Positions 54,572 through 64,000 of a stretch of DNA of 64,000 nucleotides are shown here, piece by piece. The stretch lies in NCBI GenBank assembly GCA_002384935.1, contig DGCD01000017.1, positions 18,680 to 82,679 of the forward strand. Reading direction: 5' to 3'. The notes under the pieces were generated by a model that saw only the letters and a list, made by a program, of their open reading frames with translations, had not been told where the DNA came from and made no database searches. A program made the position numbers and the translations under genes. The stretch is from Pusillimonas sp. UBA3987 (lineage in GTDB: Bacteria; Pseudomonadota; Gammaproteobacteria; Burkholderiales; Burkholderiaceae_B). The stretch's first letter is position 1; each line of letters opens with the position of its first letter.

Positions 54572-55546
54572 TTACATGCGAGCGAGTACAGAGCCCCAGG
54601 TAAACCCGCCACCCACGCCTTGCATGAGTACGAGATCGCCTTTTTTGACACGCCCATCACGACGAGCCACATCAAGCGCAAGGGGCACACTGGCGGCAGA
54701 GGTGTTGGCATGTTGATCGAGTGTAATGACAATTTTTTCTGTGGGAATACCCAGTTTCTTGCCCAGAAAATTAAGGATACGGACATTAGCCTGATGCGGA
54801 ACCATCCAATCGATATCCGCCAGGTCCACGCCTGCGGAACGGCAGACGTCATGCGCGGATTTCGACAATGAATTAACCGCCATTTTGAACACGGCCTGAC
54901 CATCCATTCGCACAAAAGGGTCGCCCACGACCTGCCCGTCCACAATCCGCCCATTGGCACACAAAATACCCTGCTGGCTGCCGTCGGCGTGAAGCTCGGC
55001 GGCCAGAATGCCCGGCTCATCGTTCGCCTTGAGCACGACTGCGCCCGCACCGTCTCCGAACAGCACGCAAGTGCGCCTGTCGTCCCAATCAAGGATACTG
55101 GAAAAGATCTCGGCGCCAATAACCAATGCAGTACGTGCTCGACCTGCCTGGATAAATGCGTCGGCAGTCGTCAGGGCGTAGACGAAGCCACTGCAGACAG
55201 CCTGGACATCGAAGGCCGCTCCCTGGTGGATACCTAACTGCGCCTGTACCAGGCACGCCGTACTGGGAAAAATCACATCCGGCGTAGAAGTAGCCACGAT
55301 CAACAAATCGATATCGGCAGGATCAACCCCCGCATCAGCCATTGCCCGCTTTGCAGCCTCGGCCGCCAGCATGCTGGTTTTGACTTCCGGACCGGCGATA
55401 TGCCTTTGCCGGATACCGGTGCGCTCGGTAATCCATTCATCCGAGGTCTCGATACCCCGAGTCGCCAGCTCAGCGGCCAGATCCTCATTTGACACTACAC
55501 GAGACGGCAAGTAGCCCCCCGTTCCTGCTATCTTGGCATAAGGCAT
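54572..55546 (-). CDS. fabH: 3-oxoacyl-ACP synthase III
   Basis: 324 aa, KAS III sequence (ACSGF, HQAN, GGGFTWG). Confidence 0.95.
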   Translation of the reverse strand: MPYAKIAGTGGYLPSRVVSNEDLAAELATRGIETSDEWITERTGIRQRHIAGPEVKTSMLAAEAAKRAMADAGVDPADIDLLIVATSTPDVIFPSTACLVQAQLGIHQGAAFDVQAVCSGFVYALTTADAFIQAGRARTALVIGAEIFSSILDWDDRRTCVLFGDGAGAVVLKANDEPGILAAELHADGSQQGILCANGRIVDGQVVGDPFVRMDGQAVFKMAVNSLSKSAHDVCRSAGVDLADIDWMVPHQANVRILNFLGKKLGIPTEKIVITLDQHANTSAASVPLALDVARRDGRVKKGDLVLMQGVGGGFTWGSVLARM

Positions 55547-55574
55547 AGTGAAACCACTTCCATTGGATGGCAGC

Positions 55575-56657
55575 TTAGGCTGCCCGACCTGTTACATCGT
55601 TAGACACATTCGCTTGCAGCGACTTGGCTTGGGCAAGGCTCTGGTGCAAATCATGGATTGCCGACGTCGTTCCTTCCAAAAGCCCGTTATTTACAGCTTC
55701 CCGTGCGCGCTGGAGCGCGCAACCAAACGCGTAGACATCAGCGGAACCATGGCTTTTAATGACGATACCCCGCAAACCCAGCAGGGCGGCACCATTGTAC
55801 CGACGGTTATCCACTTTCTTGCGAAACCGGCTCAGAACAGGAGTCGCGACCAAACCCGCAAGCATCGACAAAAGCCCGCTTTTGAACTCAGCGCGAATCA
55901 TGGTGGCGACCATGCGGGCAAGGCCCTCCATGGATTTCAACACAACGTTGCCGGCGAACCCATCGCAAACGATGACGTCGACTGTGCCCTTGCAAATATC
56001 ATCACCTTCGACATTGCCGTAAAAATTAAGGCCGCTGCCACGCAACAACTCGGCCGCCTGCTTGACGACCTCGTTCCCCTTAATGACTTCCTCACCAATG
56101 TTCAGCAAACCGACTTTCGGCGAACGATGACCATAAAGTGCGCTTACCAATGCTGTCCCCATGATGGCGAACTGCAACAGATGTTGCGCCGAACAATCAA
56201 CGTTGGCACCCAGGTCAAGCACAGTGGTCGCCCCGCCGTGCTGATTGGGAATTGACGCGGCGATCGCCGGCCGATCGATACCATCGAGCGTTTTCAACAC
56301 ATAACGGGAAATGGCCATCCAGGCGCCGGTATTGCCAGCCGAGATGCAGGCATCGGCAATGCCATCTTTCACCGCCTGTGCCGCAACCCGCATGGACGAG
56401 TCTTTCTTGCGACGCAAGGCGACCTCAACCGAATCGTCCATTGCGACGACCTCGGAGGCAGGAAGGATTTGATACCAGTCGGCACGATCGCAACCCAGCC
56501 GCGCCAACTGAGACTGGATAACGACAGCGTCGCCAACCAGCAGGAAAGTGGTATCGGGAAAACGTTGCGCAAACTGGTATGCGGCGGTCACCGTAACGGG
56601 AACCCCTACATCACCGCCCATACAGTCTACGGCGATTCGAATTTTCTTATGTGGCAT
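55575..56657 (-). CDS. plsX: Phosphate acyltransferase PlsX
   Basis: IAVD.MGGD N-terminus; 360 aa; sits between rpmF and fabH. Confidence 0.95.
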   Translation of the reverse strand: MPHKKIRIAVDCMGGDVGVPVTVTAAYQFAQRFPDTTFLLVGDAVVIQSQLARLGCDRADWYQILPASEVVAMDDSVEVALRRKKDSSMRVAAQAVKDGIADACISAGNTGAWMAISRYVLKTLDGIDRPAIAASIPNQHGGATTVLDLGANVDCSAQHLLQFAIMGTALVSALYGHRSPKVGLLNIGEEVIKGNEVVKQAAELLRGSGLNFYGNVEGDDICKGTVDVIVCDGFAGNVVLKSMEGLARMVATMIRAEFKSGLLSMLAGLVATPVLSRFRKKVDNRRYNGAALLGLRGIVIKSHGSADVYAFGCALQRAREAVNNGLLEGTTSAIHDLHQSLAQAKSLQANVSNDVTGRAA

Positions 56658-56696
56658 TAATTAGGCAACCTGGCAGCAGATTGCTGGAACACCGGT

Positions 56697-56879
56697 TTAT
56701 TCGTCGTTTTTCGTTTTCAGCACTTTACGGCCACGATAGAAACCGTTGGGGCTGATGTGATGACGAAGATGCAATTCACCTGTATTGGGCTCAATCGCCG
56801 TGGGGGGTGTGGTCAGAGAATCGTGTGCACGATGCATACCGCGCTTGGACGAACTCTTCTTGTTTTGTTGAACAGCCAT
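56697..56879 (-). CDS. rpmF: 50S ribosomal protein L32
   Basis: [19 protein letters not shown] sequence. Confidence 0.97.
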   Translation of the reverse strand: MAVQQNKKSSSKRGMHRAHDSLTTPPTAIEPNTGELHLRHHISPNGFYRGRKVLKTKNDE

Positions 56880-56931
56880 GATGACTCCTGGTAAAGGGGC
56901 TTTCTCACCCCCGGGGTTAATTCGAAAAAAA

Positions 56932-57492
56932 TCAATTCTTTTTTAGCTGCTCAAGCACCGAAAACGGTGATTGACGCCGGGTTTCCTGTTCCTCGGAAAC
57001 GGCAGACCTTTCTACCTTGATTCCGCTATCTGGCGGACATTCCCGATGCTTCGGCACATAGGGCATCGCCAAAATCAGCTCATCTTCAACAAAGCCTAGC
57101 ACGCTAAACCGTTTCGACCCAACAATACGCTCGATGCTGTCGTCATCAAGATCGTCGGTGTCCTGTTCAGCAGGCGTTCGCACCAGCTCAACCCGGTTAT
57201 CGACATTGACATTGCATATAAACGGCCGCAGACAACGCTGGCATTCCAGCATCGGTTCTGCGTGCGCGGTAACGTGCAAAAAATATCGGCCAGCGACGGT
57301 GCTTTCACCTTGTAAAGTCCAGCTGACCGGGCTTTCACGTTGCGCTTCAGGCTGTGTAAGCTGGCCTTCCAACATCCGGGTAAATAGCTTAAGGTGCGCC
57401 TGCCCCTGCAAAAACGACCCCGCCCGTGCAAAACCAAGGGCGTCAATCAGTGAATCACTCACGGGCTGCTCTTTGCCTGTTAAAGAAAACAT
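56932..57492 (-). CDS. yceD: YceD/DUF177 family protein
   Basis: Upstream of rpmF, with C.RCL..F motif and an acidic C-terminal half. Confidence 0.8.
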   Translation of the reverse strand: MFSLTGKEQPVSDSLIDALGFARAGSFLQGQAHLKLFTRMLEGQLTQPEAQRESPVSWTLQGESTVAGRYFLHVTAHAEPMLECQRCLRPFICNVNVDNRVELVRTPAEQDTDDLDDDSIERIVGSKRFSVLGFVEDELILAMPYVPKHRECPPDSGIKVERSAVSEEQETRRQSPFSVLEQLKKN

Positions 57493-57548
57493 TAGATAAT
57501 ACCGCTTTCAATACTCTTGCGTCAAACCTTCTGGAAGAACTCCCGCCT

Positions 57549-58133
57549 ATGCGTCTGATTCTGGCATCAAGCTCACCCTACCGCCGCGCACTCCTTGAAA
57601 GACTGCGCCTGCCATTCGAAGTTATTGCCCCCGATATTGACGAAACGGCGCTTGAAAACGAAGACCCTGTTGCACTCGCCCTGCGGCTGGCCAAAGAAAA
57701 GGCCATGACCATCGCCGCAGATAACCCTGTTGCGGTCATCATCGGATCAGACCAGGTGGCCACCCTGCAAGGTGATGCCATCGGCAAACCCGGCGACCAT
57801 GGGCGGGCAATTGAACAACTCAAAATGCTAAGCGGCCAGACGGTGACTTTTCACACCGCCCTGTGCGTTGCGCATAACGGCAGGGAAGAAACAGAAAACG
57901 TCGTTACGAACTGCCGTTTTCGCACGCTCAGCGAAGCTGAAATTCATTATTACCTCGACCAAGACAAGCCCTACGACACAGCAGGCAGCGCCAAAGCGGA
58001 GTCATTGGGCATTTCCCTGATGGAGCATGTCCGTTCCGACGACCCCACCGCAATTATCGGACTTCCGCTGATTACGTTAAGCAGTATGCTGCGCCGGTTT
58101 AACATTAACCCTTTGCAACCGGATTGGCCGTAA
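57549..58133 (+). CDS. maf: Maf-like nucleoside triphosphate pyrophosphatase
   Basis: LILASSSPYRR.LL..L...F.....DIDE motif. ATG at 57549. Confidence 0.85.
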   Translation: MRLILASSSPYRRALLERLRLPFEVIAPDIDETALENEDPVALALRLAKEKAMTIAADNPVAVIIGSDQVATLQGDAIGKPGDHGRAIEQLKMLSGQTVTFHTALCVAHNGREETENVVTNCRFRTLSEAEIHYYLDQDKPYDTAGSAKAESLGISLMEHVRSDDPTAIIGLPLITLSSMLRRFNINPLQPDWP

Positions 58134-58135
58134 CC

Positions 58136-58843
58136 ATGCCACAAACTCTTCATTTGATACCCGTCAGCCTGGGGGAAAGCCCGACATCGCGCTGGCTTCC
58201 GGCACAAGTACAGGCGACGGCCGGAAAACTCGACTTCTACATCGCCGAGAACGCCAAAACCGCCCGGGCTTTTTTGAAGCTGATCGGCACTGAAAAGCCG
58301 ATACAGGACATTACCATCCATGCATTGTCGCGCGACACCGATGCCGCGCAGATACGACGATGGTTCAAGCAGTCAGACGCAACTGGCGATATTGGCCTGG
58401 TATCCGAAGCCGGGTGCCCCGCTGTGGCCGATCCTGGTGCACTCGTCGTGCAAACTGCTCACGAAATGGGTATCCGCGTGGCGCCCTGGACAGGCCCCTC
58501 GTCAATCATGCTCGGCCTGATGGCCAGCGGCCTGAACGGGCAGAGTTTCGTGTTTCACGGTTACGCGCCTGTTGCGCCTGCCGAACGGGCCAGGCAATTA
58601 CGTACCTGGGAAGCAGCATCGCGAAAAAACCGGCAAACACAGATATTCATTGAAACACCCTATCGCAACGATGCCATGCTCGAAACACTGCTTCAATCTC
58701 TTGCCGGAACAACACGGCTATGCATCGCACGCGCACTGACGACAGACCATGAGTGGATACAAACCCACGCCATCGACACCTGGAAAAAGCAGCCGGCCCC
58801 TGCGTTACAAAAACAACCTACCCTTTTCCTCTTCCAGGCCTGA
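58136..58843 (+). CDS. Tetrapyrrole-methylase-fold SAM-dependent methyltransferase (RsmI/YraL-related)
   Basis: GL.SEAG.P.VADPG motif; 235 aa from ATG 58136 (the track start at 58124 is TTG). Confidence 0.7.
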   Translation: MPQTLHLIPVSLGESPTSRWLPAQVQATAGKLDFYIAENAKTARAFLKLIGTEKPIQDITIHALSRDTDAAQIRRWFKQSDATGDIGLVSEAGCPAVADPGALVVQTAHEMGIRVAPWTGPSSIMLGLMASGLNGQSFVFHGYAPVAPAERARQLRTWEAASRKNRQTQIFIETPYRNDAMLETLLQSLAGTTRLCIARALTTDHEWIQTHAIDTWKKQPAPALQKQPTLFLFQA

Positions 58844-59459
58844 CCTTAAAAGTCATTGCATGATGATTACCGGCAGACAGTGACCGCCCCGATTGAATAA
58901 TTCGGGGCAGGCACAACAACAGTATTACAGCCAAGTACACCCATACTTCAAAGAAGTCATTTTTGCCGGCCCTGACCAACCAGAAATGCCATAACGACAG
59001 CGCAATTGCAGGGTAAACGGCATAATGCAGGCGCTTCCAGTTGCGTCCCAGGCGGCGCATCCACCCCCGGGTTGAGGTCAACGCCAAAGGCGTCAGCAAT
59101 ACAAATGCCACGACACCTACAGTAATGAACCATCGCGTCACAACATCGTGCCACATGGCGGTCAGCATGAACCCCTGTTCCCACAAGGCCCAACCCAGAA
59201 GATGTAGCGTCGAATAAAAATAAGCGAACAACCCCAGCATACGACGGTGCAGCAACAAAACCGACACACGCGCATACCGGTTCAACGGTGTGGCCAGCAG
59301 AACGAGGCATAAGGCCACAAGCGCCCACTCACCCGATGAGCGAATCAGGTACTCGGGCGGATTGGCCGTCAGCCCGCCTGTAAACCCCAGGCCTACCCAC
59401 AAAAATACCGGATACAGGCACGCCACAAACATCAACACCGAAACCATGGCTGAAATCAT
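58818..59459 (-). CDS. msrQ: Protein-methionine-sulfoxide reductase heme-binding subunit MsrQ (YedZ)
   Basis: 213 aa, about 6 TM, ferric-reductase-like, directly downstream of msrP. Confidence 0.85.
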   Translation of the reverse strand: MISAMVSVLMFVACLYPVFLWVGLGFTGGLTANPPEYLIRSSGEWALVALCLVLLATPLNRYARVSVLLLHRRMLGLFAYFYSTLHLLGWALWEQGFMLTAMWHDVVTRWFITVGVVAFVLLTPLALTSTRGWMRRLGRNWKRLHYAVYPAIALSLWHFWLVRAGKNDFFEVWVYLAVILLLCLPRIIQSGRSLSAGNHHAMTFKVRPGRGKG

Positions 59460-59470
59460 CTTTTATTAAC

Positions 59471-60430
59471 TCAGTAATAGCGCGATAAATCCATACCCGC
59501 GTACAGAGACGCAACCTGCTCGCCGTAGCCGTTGAACATTTGAGTCGGTAATCGTGGTGCGAACAAGCCTCCCGAGCCAATACGCCTTTCAGTGGCCTGA
59601 CTCCAGCGGGGGTGCGGAACCTGGGGATTAACGTTGGCATAAAAACCATACTCTTGAGGCGCAATGCGCACCCAACTGGTTTCCGGTTGCTTTTCAGTCA
59701 GGCGAATATGAACGATAGACTTGCCCGACTTGAAACCATATTTCCACGGAACCGCCACACGAACGGGCGCCCCGTTGGCAACCGGCAGGGCTTTGCCGTA
59801 TACGCCGAACACCAGCAAGGTCAGAGGATTCATTGCCTCATCGAGCCGCAATCCTTCCAGGTATGGCCAATCGATAATCCGGCTACGCAATCCAGGCATC
59901 GCCTCGGGCTGTACATCGGTAATGAATTCAACATATTTCGCATTGCCTGTCGGCTCCACGGCTTTCAGCAAGGCTGATAGCGGGTAGCCATTCCAGGGGA
60001 TCACCATCGACCACCCTTCGACACAGCGCATGCGGTAAACGCGCTCTTCAAGTGCCGCCAGTTTCAAAAGATCATCCATGTCAAACTCTTGCGGGCGCAA
60101 AACCTCGCCATCGACTTTGACTTTCCAGGGCTCCAGGCGCATGCCCCCACCATTTCGCGCCGGATCTTCTTTACCGGTGCCAAACTCGTAAAAATTGTTG
60201 TAAGTGGTGACATCGCTCTCGGGGGTCAGCTTTTCATCGGTGCCAAACTCCATATTGCGCTGGCCGTAATCGGTACCTTCCCGCCCCCACGCCTGCAAAG
60301 GCAACGACGACAGCAAGCCGGCCCCCATCGCAGCCGCTCCAGCCTGCTGCAACCACTTTCGACGCGACGTCCAGATATATTCCGGCGTTATTTCCGACGA
60401 TGCAATTTTCGGTATCTTGAATCGAGACAT
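59471..60430 (-). CDS. msrP: Protein-methionine-sulfoxide reductase catalytic subunit MsrP (YedY), Tat-exported
   Basis: Twin-arginine leader [15 protein letters not shown] and molybdopterin oxidoreductase core. ATG at 60430 avoids overlap with the HAD gene. Confidence 0.88.
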   Translation of the reverse strand: MSRFKIPKIASSEITPEYIWTSRRKWLQQAGAAAMGAGLLSSLPLQAWGREGTDYGQRNMEFGTDEKLTPESDVTTYNNFYEFGTGKEDPARNGGGMRLEPWKVKVDGEVLRPQEFDMDDLLKLAALEERVYRMRCVEGWSMVIPWNGYPLSALLKAVEPTGNAKYVEFITDVQPEAMPGLRSRIIDWPYLEGLRLDEAMNPLTLLVFGVYGKALPVANGAPVRVAVPWKYGFKSGKSIVHIRLTEKQPETSWVRIAPQEYGFYANVNPQVPHPRWSQATERRIGSGGLFAPRLPTQMFNGYGEQVASLYAGMDLSRYY

Positions 60431-60474
60431 TTCACCCACCTTCGTTTTAATTTCGCGAAGCCGGGCATCCCCGG

Positions 60475-61143
60475 CTACCGCACTACTGGAACCAACCGTC
60501 CGAACAGCCAATCGCCCATTTCCTCAACACTATGCACCAGCACGGTTGGCTCGGCGCTGCGCAAAGTATCCACATCGTGTGCACCATAACTCACCGCAAT
60601 ACTGTCAATGCCGGCGTTGTGCGCCATCAAAACATCATGTGTCGTATCGCCCACCATCACCACACGGGCCTGCTCCAGACCCAAGCCATGAATAATATCG
60701 AACAACATGGTCGGGTCCGGTTTCCCTTTGGCCTCATCGGCACACCGCGTCATGTCAAAATAATGCTGCAGGTTCGAAGCATGCAACACCCGATCAAGCC
60801 CGATCCGGCCCTTGCCTGTTGCAACGGCAAGGCTGACCCGCTCCTCTTTCAACCCCGACAACACCTCGGGAATGCCATCGAACAAAGGAATGGCCTGGTC
60901 ATTCTGAAAAAAATGATGCTTGTAACGCTCAACAAATGCAAAAAGCTGGTCAGATGGCAAATCGGGCGCCACGTGGTAAAGCGCACTTTCCAGTGACAAA
61001 CCGATTACCCAGGCAGCCCGTTCACGAGCCGGCACCGGCAGTTGCATATCGGCGCATGCCAACTGAATCGCACTTACAATAGACTGCGTCGAATCCATTA
61101 TGGTTCCGTCCCAGTCGAAAATAACAGCATCGTACTGTTTCAA
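60475..61143 (-). CDS. HAD-superfamily hydrolase (phosphoglycolate-phosphatase-like)
   Basis: [10 protein letters not shown] motif I and VGDTTHD motif; 222 aa. Overlaps the rluC stop by 4 nt. Confidence 0.8.
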   Translation of the reverse strand: MKQYDAVIFDWDGTIMDSTQSIVSAIQLACADMQLPVPARERAAWVIGLSLESALYHVAPDLPSDQLFAFVERYKHHFFQNDQAIPLFDGIPEVLSGLKEERVSLAVATGKGRIGLDRVLHASNLQHYFDMTRCADEAKGKPDPTMLFDIIHGLGLEQARVVMVGDTTHDVLMAHNAGIDSIAVSYGAHDVDTLRSAEPTVLVHSVEEMGDWLFGRLVPVVR

Positions 61144-62111
61144 GACATCTGCTCCAACTCTTTAAGTAGGGCCTGGCATGCAGGCGGAAGTGCGGCTTCG
61201 AGCCGCAGAATTTCATCACTGGCAGGATGAGGAATATCAAGTCGCCAGGCATGCAGAAACATACGACCAAAACCGCGCCGGGAAAAAAGCGCCCTGACTT
61301 CATCGTGGCCATACTTATCGTCTCCCACAATGGGATAGCCACTGGCTGCCAGATGAACCCGAATCTGATGGGTCCGGCCGGTTTTCAGCTCCGCCTCAAC
61401 CAAGGAGAAACGTCCCGCGTAACGTTGCATCAGGTTAATAATGGTGTGCGCCGGCTTTCCCAAGGGGTCGACCTTGACGCGTCGCTCGCCGGAGGATGTC
61501 AACCACTTCAATAAAGGTTGTCGCAAATGCTGACGGTCGTTCTGCCAGTCGCCCTCCACTAAAGCCTGATACCGTTTTCGTCCTTTGCCTTCACGCATCA
61601 TTTGATGCAAAGCCACCAGCGCCGACCGCTTTTTGGCAATAATCAACAAGCCGGATGTTTCACGGTCAAGGCGATGCGCAAGTTCGAGGAACCGGGCATC
61701 CGGGCGCGCCGCACGCAACTGCTCGATAACGCCGAACGAGACGCCACTGCCGCCATGTACGGCCACGCCAGCCGGCTTGTCGATAACCAAAAGGGCGTCA
61801 TCTTCGTAAACAATCGGAAAACTGGCAGCCGGCGCACGGGGCCGGGTATCCCGATTGGGCATTCGAAACGGCGGCACGCGAACCGAGTCGCCCTCAAGCA
61901 GCCGGTACTCCGCCTGGCAGCGCCCTTTGTTGACTCTCACCTGCCCGGAACGAATGGCCTTGTAAATATGACTTTTCGGCACCCCTTTGCAGGTTTTCAA
62001 CAGAAAATTATCGATGCGCTGTCCAGCCTGTTCCGCGCCAATTTGTAACGTTTGAACGACCATATTCATGGTTTGAGAAGATTCCGGTTTGCGCATAGAC
62101 AAAACAGGCAT
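61140..62111 (-). CDS. rluC: 23S rRNA pseudouridine synthase RluC (RluA family with S4 domain)
   Basis: GQRIDNFL S4 region and HRLDRETSGLL catalytic motif; divergent from rne. The start is uncertain (other in-frame ATGs at 62096 and 62069). Confidence 0.88.
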   Translation of the reverse strand: MPVLSMRKPESSQTMNMVVQTLQIGAEQAGQRIDNFLLKTCKGVPKSHIYKAIRSGQVRVNKGRCQAEYRLLEGDSVRVPPFRMPNRDTRPRAPAASFPIVYEDDALLVIDKPAGVAVHGGSGVSFGVIEQLRAARPDARFLELAHRLDRETSGLLIIAKKRSALVALHQMMREGKGRKRYQALVEGDWQNDRQHLRQPLLKWLTSSGERRVKVDPLGKPAHTIINLMQRYAGRFSLVEAELKTGRTHQIRVHLAASGYPIVGDDKYGHDEVRALFSRRGFGRMFLHAWRLDIPHPASDEILRLEAALPPACQALLKELEQMS

Positions 62112-62116
62112 ATAAT
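62089..62116 (+). promoter_or_regulatory. Candidate rne promoter (ttgcgc, 16 nt spacer, TATAAT)
   Basis: Perfect TATAAT at 62111-62116. It overlaps the longest possible rluC start codon region. Confidence 0.3.
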
Positions 62117-62130
62117 CTTATTAGCCTATA

Positions 62131-62220
62131 GAAGCTGAAACCCACCTGCGTAGAGACGAAAGTGTTACGTCTCCGTGGGTCGCGAAAGACCATATTGTAC
62201 TGCTTACGTGTTTCAGCTTC
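62131..62220 (+). promoter_or_regulatory. Structured element at the 5' end of the rne leader (closed by an 11-bp long-range stem)
   Basis: GAAGCTGAAAC (62131-62141) pairs perfectly with GTTTCAGCTTC (62210-62220). Inner stems are GAGACG/CGTCTC (62153-58/62168-73) and CCAC/GTGG. Confidence 0.45.
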
Positions 62221-62611
62221 CGGGCCAATCGGTCGCCGGAGCGTCATGCGTCGGCGCAACAGCAGAAGAAAAATAAACTGCTTTTGTGTCAGACACTGCG
62301 CAAACCGCGTGCGACGCTTTAGTCTTTGCTTCGTTACTCGAAAGTTTTAATGCACCAGATGCGCGCAAACGGCGCATCTGCTGTTCCCAGCAAATTGTTC
62401 GTCAACCACGTTATTATTGTGAACCTGACCTTCCTGCTGCCTGAACCGTGTGCCAAGTGGCAACTCACTTCTGCCTAACGAAAAAGGTGGATGCCCCCTG
62501 ACATCGGTCAGCCGGCCCTCCTTTTGTTTGCAAGATTAAACGTCTCACACCGAGTGGTCCAAGGTCGTGCGCCAGCCATGTGGCGTGCCATGACTACGGA
62601 GAAATACACTC

Positions 62612-64000
62612 ATGAAACGCATGTTGTTCAATGCAACGCACCAAGAAGAGTTGCGCGTTGCCATTGTCGACGGTCAGAAACTCATCGACCTCGACATTGA
62701 AACCGCCGGACGCGAGCAGCGAAAAGGCAATATCTACAAAGGGGTCATCACCCGCATCGAACCCGGCCTTGAGGCATGTTTTGTCAGCTACGGCGAAGAG
62801 CGCCATGGCTTTCTGCCCTTCAAGGAAATTGCCCGCGGTTACTTCAAAGACGGCGTCGACGTCAGGTCGGCCCGCATTCAGGATGCGGTCTACGAAGGCC
62901 AGGAACTGATCGTCCAGGTAGAGAAAGAAGAACGTGGCAACAAAGGCGCAGCGCTGACAACGTTTGTTTCGCTTGCCGGTCGCTACCTTGTTTTAATGCC
63001 CAACAACCCTCGCGGAGGTGGTGTATCACGCCGGGTAGAGGGCGAAGAGCGCCAGGAACTGCGCGAAGCGATGGATCAGCTCGACGTGCCGCCGGGAATG
63101 AGCATTATCGCGCGCACAGCAGGCATCGGGCGAAGCGCAGAGGAATTGCAGTGGGATTTATCCTACCTGCTCCAACTCTGGACTGCGATCGACACAGCAG
63201 CAAAAGACAATGCGGCCCCCATTCTCATTTACCTTGAGTCCAGTCTGGTCATTCGTGCCATCCGTGACTATTTCTCACCGGAAATCGGCGAGATCCTCAT
63301 CGACACCGAAGAGATCGCCGAGCAGGCAACCGCCTTCATGAGCGTGGTCATGCCCGACAACGTTCAACGGGTCAAGGTATACAAAGACGACATCCCGCTT
63401 TTCTCCCGGTTTCAAATCGAACATCAAATTGAAACCGCGTACTCCCGCACGGTACAACTGCCATCAGGCGGCGCAGTGGTCATCGACCACACAGAGGCAC
63501 TGGTTGCCGTCGACGTCAACTCAGCGCGCTCTACTCGCGGTGCCGATATCGAAGAAACGGCCATGCGAACCAACCTGGAAGCGGCCGAGGAAGTTGCCCG
63601 CCAGCTTCGTTTGCGCGACCTGGGCGGCCTGATCGTCATCGACTTCATCGATATGGAGGACAACAAGAACCAGCGTCTTGTTGAACAACGCCTTCGAGAC
63701 GCCCTTCACTTTGACCGTGCACGGGTCCAAATGGGCAAAATATCCCGTTTCGGCCTCATGGAGCTGTCGCGACAACGCCTGCGTCCTGCACTGAACGAGG
63801 GTTCTCACATTACCTGCCCCCGCTGCAATGGCACTGGCGTCATCCGCGATGCAGAATCCAGCGCGCTGCATGTACTGCGCCTGCTGCAGGAAGAGGCCAT
63901 GAAGGAACACACGGCTGCCTTGCACGCACAAGTACCGGTCGACGTCGCTACATTCCTGCTGAACGAAAAACGCGCCGATATCACCAAGATCGAATCGCGC
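62612..64000 (+). CDS. rne: Ribonuclease E (N-terminal catalytic half; continues beyond the window)
   Basis: [30 protein letters not shown]...[26 protein letters not shown]. Open to the window end, so absent from the ORF track. GGAGA SD. Confidence 0.95.
   Translation, partial: MKRMLFNATHQEELRVAIVDGQKLIDLDIETAGREQRKGNIYKGVITRIEPGLEACFVSYGEERHGFLPFKEIARGYFKDGVDVRSARIQDAVYEGQELIVQVEKEERGNKGAALTTFVSLAGRYLVLMPNNPRGGGVSRRVEGEERQELREAMDQLDVPPGMSIIARTAGIGRSAEELQWDLSYLLQLWTAIDTAAKDNAAPILIYLESSLVIRAIRDYFSPEIGEILIDTEEIAEQATAFMSVVMPDNVQRVKVYKDDIPLFSRFQIEHQIETAYSRTVQLPSGGAVVIDHTEALVAVDVNSARSTRGADIEETAMRTNLEAAEEVARQLRLRDLGGLIVIDFIDMEDNKNQRLVEQRLRDALHFDRARVQMGKISRFGLMELSRQRLRPALNEGSHITCPRCNGTGVIRDAESSALHVLRLLQEEAMKEHTAALHAQVPVDVATFLLNEKRADITKIESR

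Noticed and set aside
54517-55119. A 200-aa minus-strand ORF overlapping fabH out of frame.
   Set aside because: It lies entirely inside the confidently identified fabH CDS. The product is Cys/Arg/Trp-rich, which is typical of an off-frame GC-rich translation.
58886-58908. Hairpin GCCCCGA-N9-TCGGGGC 43 nt after the methylase stop, considered as its terminator inside msrQ.
   Set aside because: No U-tract follows on either strand, so it is not a canonical intrinsic terminator. It may simply be coding-sequence coincidence.

Overview
This window looks like ordinary core chromosome of a moderately GC-rich betaproteobacterium. Gene content and order resemble Burkholderiales, possibly Alcaligenaceae-like; that is inferred from synteny only, with no search run. 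I call about 66 tightly packed protein genes, many with overlapping stop and start codons (ATGA or TGATG). I saw no rRNA, tRNA, CRISPR array, transposase, integrase or phage genes. Main blocks are as follows. (1) fkpB-ispH on the minus strand. (2) radC, rpmE2, a GT-C-like membrane protein coupled to a MATE transporter, cfa, a Bcr-type MFS transporter, rpmB-rpmG, and leuS-lptE-holA-proA-hemJ. (3) A THUMP methyltransferase, a small orphan gene, an RDD protein, a degenerate acyl-CoA-synthetase-like gene with a gamma-CA-like gene, hslO, and an orphan TadE-like gene. (4) pyrG-kdsA-(beta-CASP)-eno-ftsB on the minus strand. (5) pepP, ETF-QO, and glcG-like-MFS-acs. (6) nlpC/P60, DUF2325, a cysB-like regulator, lptF, then divergent pepA-holC and a BI-1 gene. 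(7) A roughly 16 kb same-strand array: yceD-rpmF-plsX-fabHDG-acpP-fabF-(YgfX-like)-rpoE-rseA-rseB-degP, then lepA-lepB-rnc-era-recO-PIN. (8) maf, a methylase, msrPQ, HAD-rluC, and the long rne leader with the 5' part of rne. The ORF track accepts GTG and TTG starts, so I moved several starts to better ATG/SD positions; these remain uncertain. I did not find a convincing multi-gene novel system. The most unusual items are: an orphan PIN nuclease coupled to recO whose ORF runs through the neighbour's terminator; a lone TadE-like pseudopilin overlapping ftsB; a P-loop-degenerate, C-domain-less adenylate-forming enzyme homolog; a small gene behind a near-consensus promoter buried in nested TAGGG/CCCTA palindromes; a YgfX/CptA-like membrane protein bridging fabF and rpoE; and convergent genes that almost always abut or overlap at their 3' ends.
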